Shown in pieces: positions 35,840 through 47,500 of a DNA stretch of 64,000 nucleotides. Position numbers and translations under genes: made by a program. The notes under the pieces were generated by a model. The model was not told the origin of the DNA, searched no databases, and worked only from the letters and a program-made list of their open reading frames with translations. The stretch spans positions 15,595,873-15,659,872 of the forward strand of contig NC_083409.1 in the NCBI RefSeq assembly GCF_020745735.1, read 5' to 3'. This DNA comes from Hemiscyllium ocellatum (taxonomy: Eukaryota). Each line of letters starts with the position of its first letter. Positions within the stretch are counted from its first letter, which is position 1.

Positions 35840-38790
35840 GAAGAGATGGATGTGGAAGCATTTTTCATGTCGTTAGTGAAGATAGAAACGCAAGCGAGAT
35901 GGGAAAAAACAGGTTGGACCTTGTCCATGCAAAAATGAACTTGGGAAGCACAAGAGGTTTCTACATCGCTGTCAGAGGAATGTTCTCGGGATCACGAGGA
36001 GGTGAAAACGGCTATTCTAAGCACATATGAGTTGGCCCCAGAAACATACAGACAGATGTTTCAGAACTTACACAAACAGCCTGGACAAACCTCTACTGAG
36101 TTTAAGAGAGTTCAACAAAATAATGTTGACAGGTGGATAAGAACATTAACAGCTGAGAATACTTACAATGCTCTCAGAGAAGTTATCCTTTGAGAAGAAT
36201 TTAAAACTTCCTTCCCTTCTAGAATCAGAATTCATGTAGATGACGAAAGGGGAACGACAGTAAGACAAGCAGCTAGAATGGCTAATGATCATAGACTTTG
36301 TTAAAGCCAAAACCCTGCAGATGCTGGAATCCAAAGTAGACAAACAGGAGGCGGGAAGAGCACAACAAGCCAAGCAGCATCAGGAGGTGGAGAAGTCACC
36401 TGATGGGAGACCGATCCAGAAACCTTTTTCCCATCAGGCCCAGAAATGGGAGAAAAATAAAAATTGGGAGAGTCAAAGGAAGGTAGTTAGCCAGGGGAGA
36501 GAATGGACAGGAGGGAACAGCCCGAGAACTCCTCCTCAGATTAAAAAGGAAATTGCTGAGGGTGGAAGTGATGATCAGAAGCTGAAATGTTTCTCTTGGA
36601 ATAAGGTGAGCCAAGTGTGTTTGGAATGTTGGAAGTTGCGGTAAACCCAGGCGATTTATGGGAGTTAGTAAAAATGAGTCAGAGAAGGGAACACAGACAG
36701 ATAATCCCACAGAGCAGGTTGTAGCTGTAACTATAACAAAAAGGCCGGAGGTGAATTCTGTCATTAGTAAAGGAGGTTGTCAGGTAGGTGAGAGGTGGAC
36801 AGGACTTTTATCAAAAGGAATGGTGACTCCTTTTTCTTCAGCTAAACCCAGAACCAAACTGAGAGATACAGGAGCAACACAGTCACTTTTACTGGAGAAA
36901 GAATTGATTTTCCCTCCAGAGAGTTCGATGGGAGCTAAGTTATTAATCAATGGGATTGATGGAGAATCTATTCCACTTCCATTGTATACAGTACAACTGG
37001 AATGTGATTTGTTATCAGGAGAAGCAATTGTCGGAATGGGAAAACATTCCCTGTTGAGGGAGTCGATTTCCTTCTGGGGAATGGTTTGTCAGGACTAAAG
37101 GCAGTAGCTTCCCCGATAATTACAGAATGTCCAAAGGAGGGCCAAGAAACAGAACAATGACAGGAACAGGTTCCTGGTCTCTCTCCTTCGTGTGAGGTAA
37201 CCAGGGCAATGGTTAAACAAAATCCATCAATAAGGGTTGATGTGACACCACAGCAAGTGAAAGGATCGCTGAAACTTTCCGAAAGGGTGAAGATAATCCA
37301 GGTGGAGTGGTTGGTATGATGTCACTAATTGCAGCAGATCCAAAAAGTAGATCCTGAATGAAATAAAAGCCCAGTCAGCTCATACTGAGGTCGAGGCTGA
37401 AGGAGTTTCAGAGTGTTATTGTGTTCAGAATGGAGCGCTGATGAGGAAGTGGAGACCCCCTCATAGAGCCCCAGAAGAATGGTCAGTTAGACATTGCCTA
37501 GTGGTCCCACCCAGCTATCATAGGGAGATAGTACAAGGGGCACATGCGACTCCCATGGCAGGTCACATGGGGATTTGGAAAACACAGGCATCCAGAAACA
37601 GGTATTTTACTGAGCCACAATTGAATAAAGATGTGGTGCAGTTTTATGAAACGTGTCTTACTTGTCAAGTTATAGGTAAACCTCAATACAAAACCAGCAT
37701 CCTTAATTCCTCTCCCAGTTTTTGAGGAACCATCCCGTCATGTACAGGTTTGTCAAGTAGTGAGTATAATAGAGGAGGGGATCAGAAAAAACTTGAGATC
37801 AAAAAAGACCTGGGCACTTCCCAAAGTAAACTACCTGTTATGAGATGAACAAATTCAGAGATATTTGAGACTTCAGACACTGCATTTTTGAATCTGGAGA
37901 AAGATCAACAGGTAGATTTAGTGAGGCTGCTCAGACAATATAAAGATGTTTGTATGAGGAGTCGTTGAGGACTTTGATGGACTTGATGGAGTTTAGAAAG
38001 ATGAGAGGGAATGTCATTGAAACTTACAGAATACAGGGTGGCCTGGATAGAGTGGACATGGAGGAGATGTTTCTAATAATAGGAGAGTTGGAGACCTGAG
38101 GGCACAGCCTCAGAGTGAAGAGATGATCTTTCGAACTGAGTTGAGAAGGAATTTCTTCAGCCAGAGTGTCATTAATCTGTGGAACTGCAGAGGGCCTTGG
38201 AGGCCAATTCATTGAGTGTATTTAAGAAAGAGATAGATTGGCTCTTGATTGATCAAGGGATCAAGATTTACAGGGAAAAGGGAAGAGATTGGGGCTGAGA
38301 AACATTATCAACTGTAAATGACCAGACATGATGGGCCAAATGGCCCAATTCTGCTCCTTTATCTTGTGGACTTGTATTGATACACTTAGATCTATCACAT
38401 GAATCAATTATAACTTGAATGTGGTAATTCAGACAAAATAAAACAAAACCAACCGAAACCGGCAATGGAACAGAGGGCTTCCATGTTGGAGAATCAGCTG
38501 ATTGAACCATATCAGAGTAATTGGAGTTCTCCTGTAGTATTGGCTCCTGAACCAAACTGTTCAATTTGATTCTGTGTAGACTCGAGGAATGTGAGTCTCG
38601 TCACAAAACCAGATTCATTCCCTATTCCCAGCTGAGAAGGTTGCATATAGAGGGTTTGTAGTATATCGTTCTTGTATAAAATTGATTTGTTAAAAGGATG
38701 TTGACAAGAACTCACTGATAACTAGAACTAAGCGAGTTTCTGTATTTATCACGCCTAATGGATTATACCCAATGGCAAGTTTTGCTATGT
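35840..38790 (+). mobile_element. Degenerate Gmr1-like (Ty3/Gypsy) LTR retrotransposon, interrupted by CR1 pieces
   Basis: SCAN-like Gag (AILSTYELAPETYRQMF...LREVIL*EEFK), knuckle remnant, protease LRDTGATQS (~36860), integrase Zn-finger (AHATPMAGHMG...TCLTC, ~37540-37670), then RT (WSSPVVL..FCVD..YKIDLLKG, ~38500-38700). The order is PR-IN-RT. Confidence 0.8.
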
Positions 38791-38850
38791 GGACTTAACA
38801 ACTCTCCAGTCATATTTGAATGATTATTGTGAAAGTGAACAAGGTCACAC

Positions 38851-39165
38851 ACCACGGTGGCACAGTGGTTAGCACTGCTGCCTCACAGCACCTGAGACCC
38901 GGGTTCAATTCCCGACTCAGGTGACTGACTGTGTGGAGTTTGCACGTTCTCCCCCGTGTCTGCGTGGGTTTCCTCCGGGTGCTCCGGTTTCCTCCCACAG
39001 TCCAAAGATGTGCAGGTCAGGTGAATTGGCCATGCTAAATTGCCGTAGTGTTAGGTAAGGGGTAAATGTAGGGGTATGGGTGGGTTTCGCTTCGGCGGGT
39101 CAGTGTGGACTTGTTGGGCCGAAGGGCCTGTTTCCACACTGTAAGTCTAATCTAATCTAATCTAA
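38851..39165 (+). mobile_element. Full-length young HE1-type SINE, present only in copy 1
   Basis: CGGTGGCACAGTGGTTAGCACTGCTGCCTCACAGC ... CTGTTTCCACACTGTAAG(TCTAA)n. The orthologous empty site is at ~62770-62780. Confidence 0.9.
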
Positions 39166-40509
39166 TTACACTCCATCTGCCCAATATTTCTTCAAAGCCC
39201 AGCTGTATCTAATATTCATCAGGATGGACCTTCACTGAGAAATAGCCATTTGTAACTAGAATAACGATACATCTCTGAGAATCACATTAATAATTATTTT
39301 TATTGAAGCTTTCATTAGTTCTGTGTTGATTGACACAATGCTTGGTTTGGGCTTTGCTGCCTGTACAAACCATCTGTAATGTCTTAGCTGCAATGGTTCA
39401 CATTTACATCATCAAACTCACACTCCAAATATCCCATCATCATTTTTCATGGGATTCACTGGAATTGACTCAGATCGAACTCCCAGCAGCTGAAATGGAG
39501 GTAGGGATGAGGCTTAGAGAGCAAGAGATGGAGGACAGGGAGAGAGAGAGAGATAGATAGATAAGATAGAGAGAGAGAGAGAGAGATGGAGCACTAAAAG
39601 AGAGGGGAATGAGCTTGGACAGAGAAAGAGGGATGGAATTCAGAGTGAGATCTATGCAGCTGAGTTAGAGAGGGGTGGGGAGAGAGAGTGAGTGAGAGAG
39701 ATGGAGTCAAGGAGTTCTATGTCAAAGATAAATTATGCTCTGTTAAAAATTGGACTGGATGAATGCTGACTCTCTGACTCTACAAACACTACCTACAAAG
39801 CTGCCTAACTTTGTGTCATTAGCAAATAAGAGTATCTGACTTTCTATGCCATTGTCCACTGCATTAATAAATAATGTAAATAATTGAGGTGTGCGAACAC
39901 ATTCCTATTGGACACCACTGGTCACATCCTGCCAATTTCAGCACTTAGCCATTATCCCTATTTTCTGTCACCTGTCACTCAACCAATTTCGGTATCAGTA
40001 TTTTAGCCTCAATTCTGTGGATTTCTATCTGAGTTGACAGTTTCTTACATGGGATTTATCAAATGCCTTCTGGAAGTGCCTATAAACAACATCCATTGAT
40101 ATTACTGTCTCCAGTAATTTTGTTTCCTCTTCAAAAATGTTCAATGAGGTTTTTCACCATGACCAACTTGTCATGAATCTATGCTGATTCTCCCGAATTA
40201 ACTGACCATTTTCAAGGTCTTCAGTTACCCCCATCCTTGATTATAGACACAACAATTTCCACACCACAAACGTTGGCTTAGTGACCTGGAATTCCCTGGC
40301 TTTTCTCTGACATCCTTGTTAAATGTGAAATGAAATTCGCAATTTTCCAATTCAGAGGTACGACTCCTGAATCCAGTAACTCTGAAAGATTATAGTCAGG
40401 GTGTCTGCAATGTGGTCTATTACTACTTTATCACCCTCAGGTCCTGAGGATTTGTCACTCTTTAGTTCCATTATTTTCCTTATTACACATGTTTATTGAC
40501 ATTAACTTT

Positions 40510-40790
40510 ATTCAGGTGACACAGTGGTTAGCACTGCTGCCTCACAGCACCAGAGTCCCAGGTTCAATTCCAGCCTCGGGCAATTGCCTGTGTGGAGTTT
40601 GCACATTGTCTGCATGGGTTTCCTCCTACTATCCAAAGAAGTGCAGGTCAGGTGAATTGGCCATACTAAATTGCCCATAGTGTTAATTGCATTAGTCAGA
40701 GGGAAAATGGTCGGATGAGTTACTCTTCGGAGGTCAGTGTGGACTGGTTGGGCCAAAAGGCATGTTTGCACACTGCAGGGAATTTAATCA
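40510..40790 (+). mobile_element. Older HE1-type SINE
   Basis: CACAGTGGTTAGCACTGCTGCCTCACAGC head and GTGCAGGTCAGGTGAATTGGCCAT core, diverged. Confidence 0.8.
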
Positions 40791-41241
40791 GTCCCTGACA
40801 AAGATCCTCTGTTAATTCCTTTGGGACTTCAGGTAAGTCCTCTTCCTTTTCTACTGCAAATCTTGAGGTAAAGTATTTATTTAACATGGCTTGCCATTTC
40901 CCCATTGTCACTGACAATATCCCTCACTTTCAGTCTTTATTGGCCAACATTGCTCCTGACCTCCCAGCTTCCCTTTTATGGAACTGTAACATTTCTTCTT
41001 TTGATTTTGTTACATGTTTCCTTCAGAATCCCTTTTGGTAGCTCTTAGAAGCTGATATGTGGTCCTTTTGTATTCTTCCCATTCAGCGGATCTGTCCTTA
41101 TTTTTTGCTTTTTCTGTTAGCTTTTTTTAAACATTTATTCCTTTCCCTTATCTCTTTAATTGACCATTGTTGTTTGTTCGCTTTTCCCTCTCAGGTATAA
41201 ACTGGCTTTGTTTTGTGTTGAATGTTCCTTTAAATATTCCC

Positions 41242-41441
41242 NNNNNNNNNNNNNNNNNNNNNNNNNNNNNNNNNNNNNNNNNNNNNNNNNNNNNNNNNNN
41301 NNNNNNNNNNNNNNNNNNNNNNNNNNNNNNNNNNNNNNNNNNNNNNNNNNNNNNNNNNNNNNNNNNNNNNNNNNNNNNNNNNNNNNNNNNNNNNNNNNNN
41401 NNNNNNNNNNNNNNNNNNNNNNNNNNNNNNNNNNNNNNNNN
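41242..41441. other. Assembly gap (200 N)
   Basis: Run of 200 N; the round number suggests a placeholder of unknown true size. Confidence 0.99.
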
Positions 41442-41755
41442 TCTCTGTCTTCCTGGGTTGTGTCCAGCTACTCTCGGGGGTTGTGAAATTTAGTTTTCAT
41501 TGTTAAATCTTGCAGCTGTTCTTCACATGTGGGCCATGGAGTGTAAGAGGGAAACTTGAGGCCTTCAGTGAGCGGTGGACACCACAGGGACTGGAGTGTT
41601 AGTGGACAGTGACAAACCAGCATGGGGTAATTTGTTCAATTTACTTTATATATAACTGTGGACGTGTCAGTGCAGGAGGTGGGACTGTCTGTCCATTATT
41701 ATACATTTCATATAACTGTTGGATGTGTCAGTACAGAGGTGGTGTTGTGCGTGTT

Positions 41756-41783
41756 GAGTTTTGTTTGGCACTGTATCACTGTA
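41756..41783 (-). promoter_or_regulatory. V2 12-RSS with a non-consensus heptamer
   Basis: Minus strand: TACAGTG, ATACAGTGCCAA (12 nt), ACAAAACTC. Confidence 0.85.
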
Positions 41784-42307
41784 AAGGCTGCTGCTATACT
41801 GCTGACAGTAATATTCAGCGACATCCTCATTCTGAACGTTGCTGATTGTCAGGGTGAAACTGGTCCCTGATCCACTGCCGGTGAATCGATCGGAGACTCC
41901 TGTGAATCGATTTTTTGCATCATAGATCAGGAGAGGGTTCTGACCTTCTCCTGCTGGTACCAAGCAAGGTAGCTGCTAATGCTTTGACTGGTCATACAGG
42001 TGGTGGTTGCAGTCTGGCCCAGTCCCACTGACAGCACCCGGGGAGACTGGGTCATGATGATGTCCCCACTGATACCTGAGGGTCAGAGAGAAACACAGTG
42101 AAGTCAGAACTGTCACAGAAAGAGCCTGTCAAATGAGAGATTGTTGGAGACACTGAGCATTCTCTGTTTCAGCATTTTCCCTTCAATCACAAGTCAGTGG
42201 AATTGGAGTGAAATGGAGAGCAGCTAAAGATTCAAGGTGGAAGGAGAGAGATTTGTACCTGCGACACAGAATGCCAGGGGCCAGATTAACTGGATGTGTG
42301 AAATCAT
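41784..42307 (-). pseudogene. IGKV: Ig kappa-type V (copy 2), frameshifted as assembled: leader 42259-42307, V exon 41784-42075
   Basis: Leader MISHIQLIWPLAFCVAG; [41 protein letters not shown] (Cys23 intact). A 1-nt deletion at 41950/41951 and 3 more missing nt in FR2 follow; downstream reads [17 protein letters not shown]...[11 protein letters not shown]. Confidence 0.9.
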
Positions 42308-42365
42308 GGTGTGTGTCCTGTCCCTGTGCCTGGTTCCTGATAAACTCTCCTTCACTGGGCTCTGC

Positions 42366-42419
42366 TTTATAAAGCTGCAGCCTGTGAGAGTCTGACTGGG
42401 TGTTCCTCAGTATGTAAAT
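42366..42419 (-). promoter_or_regulatory. V2 promoter: TATA box and ATTTACAT octamer variant
   Basis: TTTATAAA at 42366-73; ATGTAAAT at 42412-19 on plus. Confidence 0.6.
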
Positions 42420-44325
42420 GGCATCAGGCAGAGAGAGCCCCGTCAGCCCCTCACACTTCCTTCTCTCTCTCTCTCTCGCTCTCTCTCTCTCTCAGAGAAT
42501 CATTGATGTGAACAACATGAATGAGGCCATTTGGCCCATTGTGTCTGTGTGAGTAAACAAAGATCTAATGACACTAATCCCATTCTCAGCTCTTGGCCCA
42601 TCACCCTGGAGGCTACAGCAACACAAGGGAATATCTAAACACTGCTCAAGGTCACGAGAGTTTGTGACTCAACCAGCCTTTCAGGCAGTGAGTTCCAGAC
42701 TCCCCCCCTTCTGGTGAAAACATTTCTCCTCAATTCTCCTCTCACTCCAATTTGACTGGGCTGGACTCACTCAAGTTCAGAAGGATGAGAGGGAATCTGA
42801 TTGAGATGTATAAAATTCTAACAGGGCTGGGCAGGGAGGAGGTTTCCCCTGGTTGGGAAGTCTGGAATCAGGGGACAGTCTCAGGGGGATACAGGGTAGA
42901 CCATTTAGGACTGAGATGAGGAAACATTTCTTCACTCAAAGGGTAGGACAACTGTGGAACCCAAGGAACTGAATAAATTCAAGAAAAAGAGAGAGATAAT
43001 TGTTTTGCATTTTAACAGCATGAAGGGAATGGGGAGAAAGCAGGAATATGGTTTTGAGATGGAGGATCAGCCATGATCATACTGAATGACAGAGCAGGCT
43101 CAAAGGGCCAAAAAGGCCTACTCCAGTTCCGAGTTTCTATGTGTCCATGTCTGTGTTACCTGGGACACAGGTTATTGAGTCTTTACTGATATATAAAGTG
43201 CCTTCTTACCCACGGTATCACTGCCCCAAATAATCTTATCCCCCTCTATCATGTCCCCTCTCAGCCTTCACTGCTCCAAGGAAACAATCCCAACCTTTCC
43301 AAGATTTCCCCACAGCTGACCCTCCATCCCAGGCAGCATCTTGGTAAATCTCTGCACCCTCTCAAGTACATCACATCCTTCTCAGAATGTGGTGACCAGG
43401 ACCTATCCACCTCTCTCCTCTCTCTGTCTCACATCTGCCACTTCTTTCTCTCTATCCCTCTCTCTCCTACTATTAATCTCTTTCATGTTCTCGCTGTCTC
43501 TCTCTGTCTCATAGCCACTCTCCCAATTCACTTATGCTTTCTCACTCCATCTCATAATCTTTATTTTTCCATCTCTCACTGTCTCCATAACTCCTTCCCT
43601 CTCTCGCTTCAATTTAAATCCTCTGTTTATCTCTCCTCTCTATACCTCCCTCTGTCTCTCTCCCTCTCTCTCTGTATTCCCAATCTACAGCCCACTCCCT
43701 CCCTCTCTGTCATTCTGTTTTTAATCATACTCATGTCTCTCACTTTCTCTCTCTCTCTGGCACACACACACACACACACTCACCCGTTGTCTCTGACTCA
43801 CTTCTCTCTCTTTCTCACAGTGTCCCAGGTTGTGGCAGTTGAATTCAGGATGAATCTCCCTCTCTCTGCCCCACTCATGGATGTTAACCCTTGACCCCAG
43901 AAGATGTTTTTCTCCTGGAGTAAGGCCCCATTTTCCACATTGACCTGGATTTGGCCTCTCTCAGAAAGATGGCTAGATTCTTGTCAAATGAAGGGCAGTT
44001 CTGTGCTGTTGGCCTGTTCTCACTGGGGACTGGTTTGGACACAAAGCTCATTCCATGAAGGCCCAGCAGAGAGAGGAGATCCTCAGGCCATCAGTGTGAG
44101 CTGGAGGGACAGCACAAGATCTGACCCCCTGATCCAGCCTGTCCATTCACAACATTTTCCAATCCCTTCCCCTCTCCTACCCCTCTCCTTCCCTTTCCAT
44201 GATCAGTCTCTGAGTCAGGGTGTTTTACTGGGATGTGGGTTGAACCATTACACAGTTACAACAGAAAGGAACTGAACCCCACACTCACCTTGGAGTCCAT
44301 GATGCACTGGACTCTCCTACAGAGT

Positions 44326-44543
44326 CCAGTAAACATGACCTCCTTCCTGCAGGAGCCTCCACTAGAGACCAGTAAACATTGGTCTCCTTCTGACTGGACT
44401 CTCCAAAGGAGACCAGTAAACATGTACCTCTTTCGGACTGGATCGTCTAGTAAAGACCAGTAAACATGGACCTCCTTCTGCTGGAACCTCCAAGACAGAC
44501 CAGTAAATATGGGCCTCCTAATCACTGGAACTTCCAATGGAGA
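44326..44543. repeat. 44-bp minisatellite, copy 2 (5 units)
   Basis: Same CCAGTAAACATGG units, with one fewer than copy 1. The array resumes at ~45806 after the CR1 insert. Confidence 0.88.
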
Positions 44544-47500
44544 TGAGTAGATGGTTGAGTTTTTGAAGAAGGAAGCAGGAAGATAGGTAAAGATAGAGTA
44601 GTACACTCTGTCTACATGGAGTTAATACAAGGTTCCCTATGGTAGACTGCTCAGTAAGATTATATCACATAGGATCCAGGGAGAGCTCACCAATTGGATA
44701 TGAAATTGGCCTGATGATAGGAGGCTGAGGCTGGTGAGAGAGGGTTGTTCTTCAGACTGGAGGCCAGTGACCAACTGTCTGTCACAAGAATCGATCCTGG
44801 ATCCACTGTTGTTCATCATTTATATGAACAATTTGGATGAGAAAATAGCAGGAATGGTCAGTAAGTTTGTGGCTGATGTTAAAATTGTTGGCATAGTGGA
44901 CAGGGAAGAAGGTTATCCAAGAGTGCAATGTCATCTTGATCAACTGGGCCAGTGGGTCAACAAATCCAGATGGAAATTTTGATAAATGGAAGGAGTTGCA
45001 TTTTGGGAGACAAATCAGGGCAGAAATTACACAATTAATGGTAGAGCCATGGGGAGTGTTGTTGAACAGAGAGTCTGAGGGGTACAGGTACATAGTTCCT
45101 TGGAAGTGGGGTCACAGGTAGACAGGGTGGTGAAGAAGGTATTTGGCACGCCATCTTCACTGGTCAAAGCAGGGAGTACAGGAGCTGGGACATCATGTTA
45201 CAGCTGTACAAGGCATTGGGAAGGCCACATTTGGACACAGTACATTTCTGCTCACCCTGCTATAGGAAGGAAGTTATGACAGTGGTTTGAATAAAAGAAA
45301 GATTAACAGGGATGTTATCAAGATTGGAGGATTTGAATTACAAGATGAGGATGAATAGGCCAAGATGTTTTTCCAGGGAATGCAGGAGATTGAGGGGTGA
45401 CCTTATAGAGGTTGTGGAAATATGAGGGTCATAGATAAGGTGAATAGTCAAAGTCTTTTCCCCAGGGTAGGAGAGTCCAGTACTAGAAGGAGTAGGCTTA
45501 AGTTGAGAGGGGAAAGATTAGTAGGAAACTGAGGGGCAACATTTTCACACAGAGGTTAGTGTGTATGTGTAATGAGCTGACAGAAGAATTCGTAGAGGTG
45601 AGTACAATTACTACATTTCAAGGACATTTTTACAGGAACATGGATAGGAAAGATTAGAGAGAATTGGGCCAAACACATGCAAATGGGACTAGTTCAGTTT
45701 TGGATACTTGGTCGGCATGGATGAGTTGAGCTGAACGGCCTGATCCCATGCTGTAAACCTCTATGACTCTTTGGTGATATATACATGGGACACTTTCCCA
45801 TAGAACCAGTAAACATGGACCTCTTTCCACTGGACCTCCAATAGACACCAATAAACAGGGACCTCCTTCCCATTGGATGCTCCAGAAGAGACTAGTAAAC
45901 ATGGTCCTCCTTCCCTCAGGACTGGCCAGCACCTGAGCTACAACTCCGACATCCTCTCCATCATGTAGGTCTCTTATTTCAATCTCAACAACATTGTCTC
46001 TGCGTTACCTCGGCCCCTTGACCACAGAAACCCTAATTCCTGCTCGTCCTGCCCCCTAAATCTATGATTCCAATGTCCTGTCCCAGCTTCCTAAAGCCAT
46101 ATTCCATAAACTCCAACTTGTCTGATATGGAGTGGGCCCTTCCCTGTCTTATCCATCTGTCATTCCAGAATGACCCCTGACCTCACTGCTAGCCAATTGC
46201 CTCCATGGCCTCCCCTCCCTCCATCTGTGTCCTGCTGCAGACTCACATTCCCTCCCTCCCCCTTTCATCTTCTGTCTCTGGTCTCCTGCCCATTGCTGCT
46301 TGCTCCAACCCACCATTGACAGCAGAGCCTTCAGACCCCTACAGCATGCTCTCTGACCTCCTGCCCTTGATCCCTCCCCCTCTCAATGGTTGTGCTATTG
46401 AATATACTGTTCAATCCCATCACTTTGGTTCACTGTTCCCTTGCCATTGATTTGCTGAATTATTCCTCATCAGTAAATCTAGTCTGGCCTGTTCCCTGAG
46501 TTGGTTCAAGAGAGTTTCCCTTGAGAAAACACTCTTCTGTAAACTGGGTTGTCTGTTTCTCCCAGTCTTTGTGTAAAGGTGAGTCTAAGTGTGTGTAAGC
46601 TCTAAAACAGCACAGACAGAGGTCACTGGGCTGATTGTGACTGTTAGTCAAATGAGTCCAATGAGTCCCATTTCCCCAGCCCTTCCTGTATAACCCTGCA
46701 ATTATTTCCTTTTCAGCTATTTCTCCAAATGCCCTTTTGAAAGTTGCTGTTGAATCCACTTCCACTCACCTTGCAGACAGTCATCATGAACTCGCTGGAT
46801 AAAAAATGTTCCTATCTTCTCTCTTGTGCTTTCGAATCTTTCTGAAATGTGTGCCCTCTGGTTACTGACCCTCCTGCCTGGAGAAACAATTTGTCCTGTA
46901 TTTACTGCATCCAAACTCTCTAATTGTGAACCCCTCATTGAGTGAGACCTATTTCCAGCACAGGGGGAGAACATTCAGCCTGTCAGGAAATGCTGTCATT
47001 TCATGGAGCAATCCAGTCAGCCCCACCCCCTCCCCTACTCGACCCCCAGGGCCTTGCAGGTTTATTTCCATCAAGAGCCCATCCAATCTGCCATTGCAAT
47101 CACTGAGTGTCTTCACCTGTCTCACCTGAATGGGCACTAATTTCCAAGACTTTGCCAATTGCTGCTAAAATCAAAGTTCTTTCTGACATTCCATATCTCT
47201 TGCCCAACAGAATGTAAGATAATCTCAAAGGGAAGACAGGATTTTGTCTCCACACGGACTGTGCGGTGGTCACTCTTACTGATACTGTCATGGACAGATA
47301 CACCAACAGCAGGCAGGTTGGTGAGGGTGATAGTGAGTATGTTTTTCCCTCTTGTTGGTTCCCTCACCACCTGCCCCAGGTCCAGTCTAGCAGCTGAATC
47401 AGGTGGAACTTGACCAGCTTGCTCAGTAGTGATGCTTCTGAGCAGCTCTTGATGGTGGGCTTTGAAGTCCCTTACTCAGGGTATATCCTGCATCATTCCC

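Larger units (their letters stand above)
16534..40380. repeat. Segmental duplication, copy 1 (V gene plus 5' flank)
   Basis: Colinear with 41442-64000 throughout: same V, microsatellites, minisatellite, LINE fragments and hairpin. Copy-specific kb-scale indels are present. Confidence 0.95.

Noticed and set aside
38851-38930. tRNA gene
   Set aside because: The A/B-box-like head continues into SINE core and tail, with no acceptor stem or cloverleaf.
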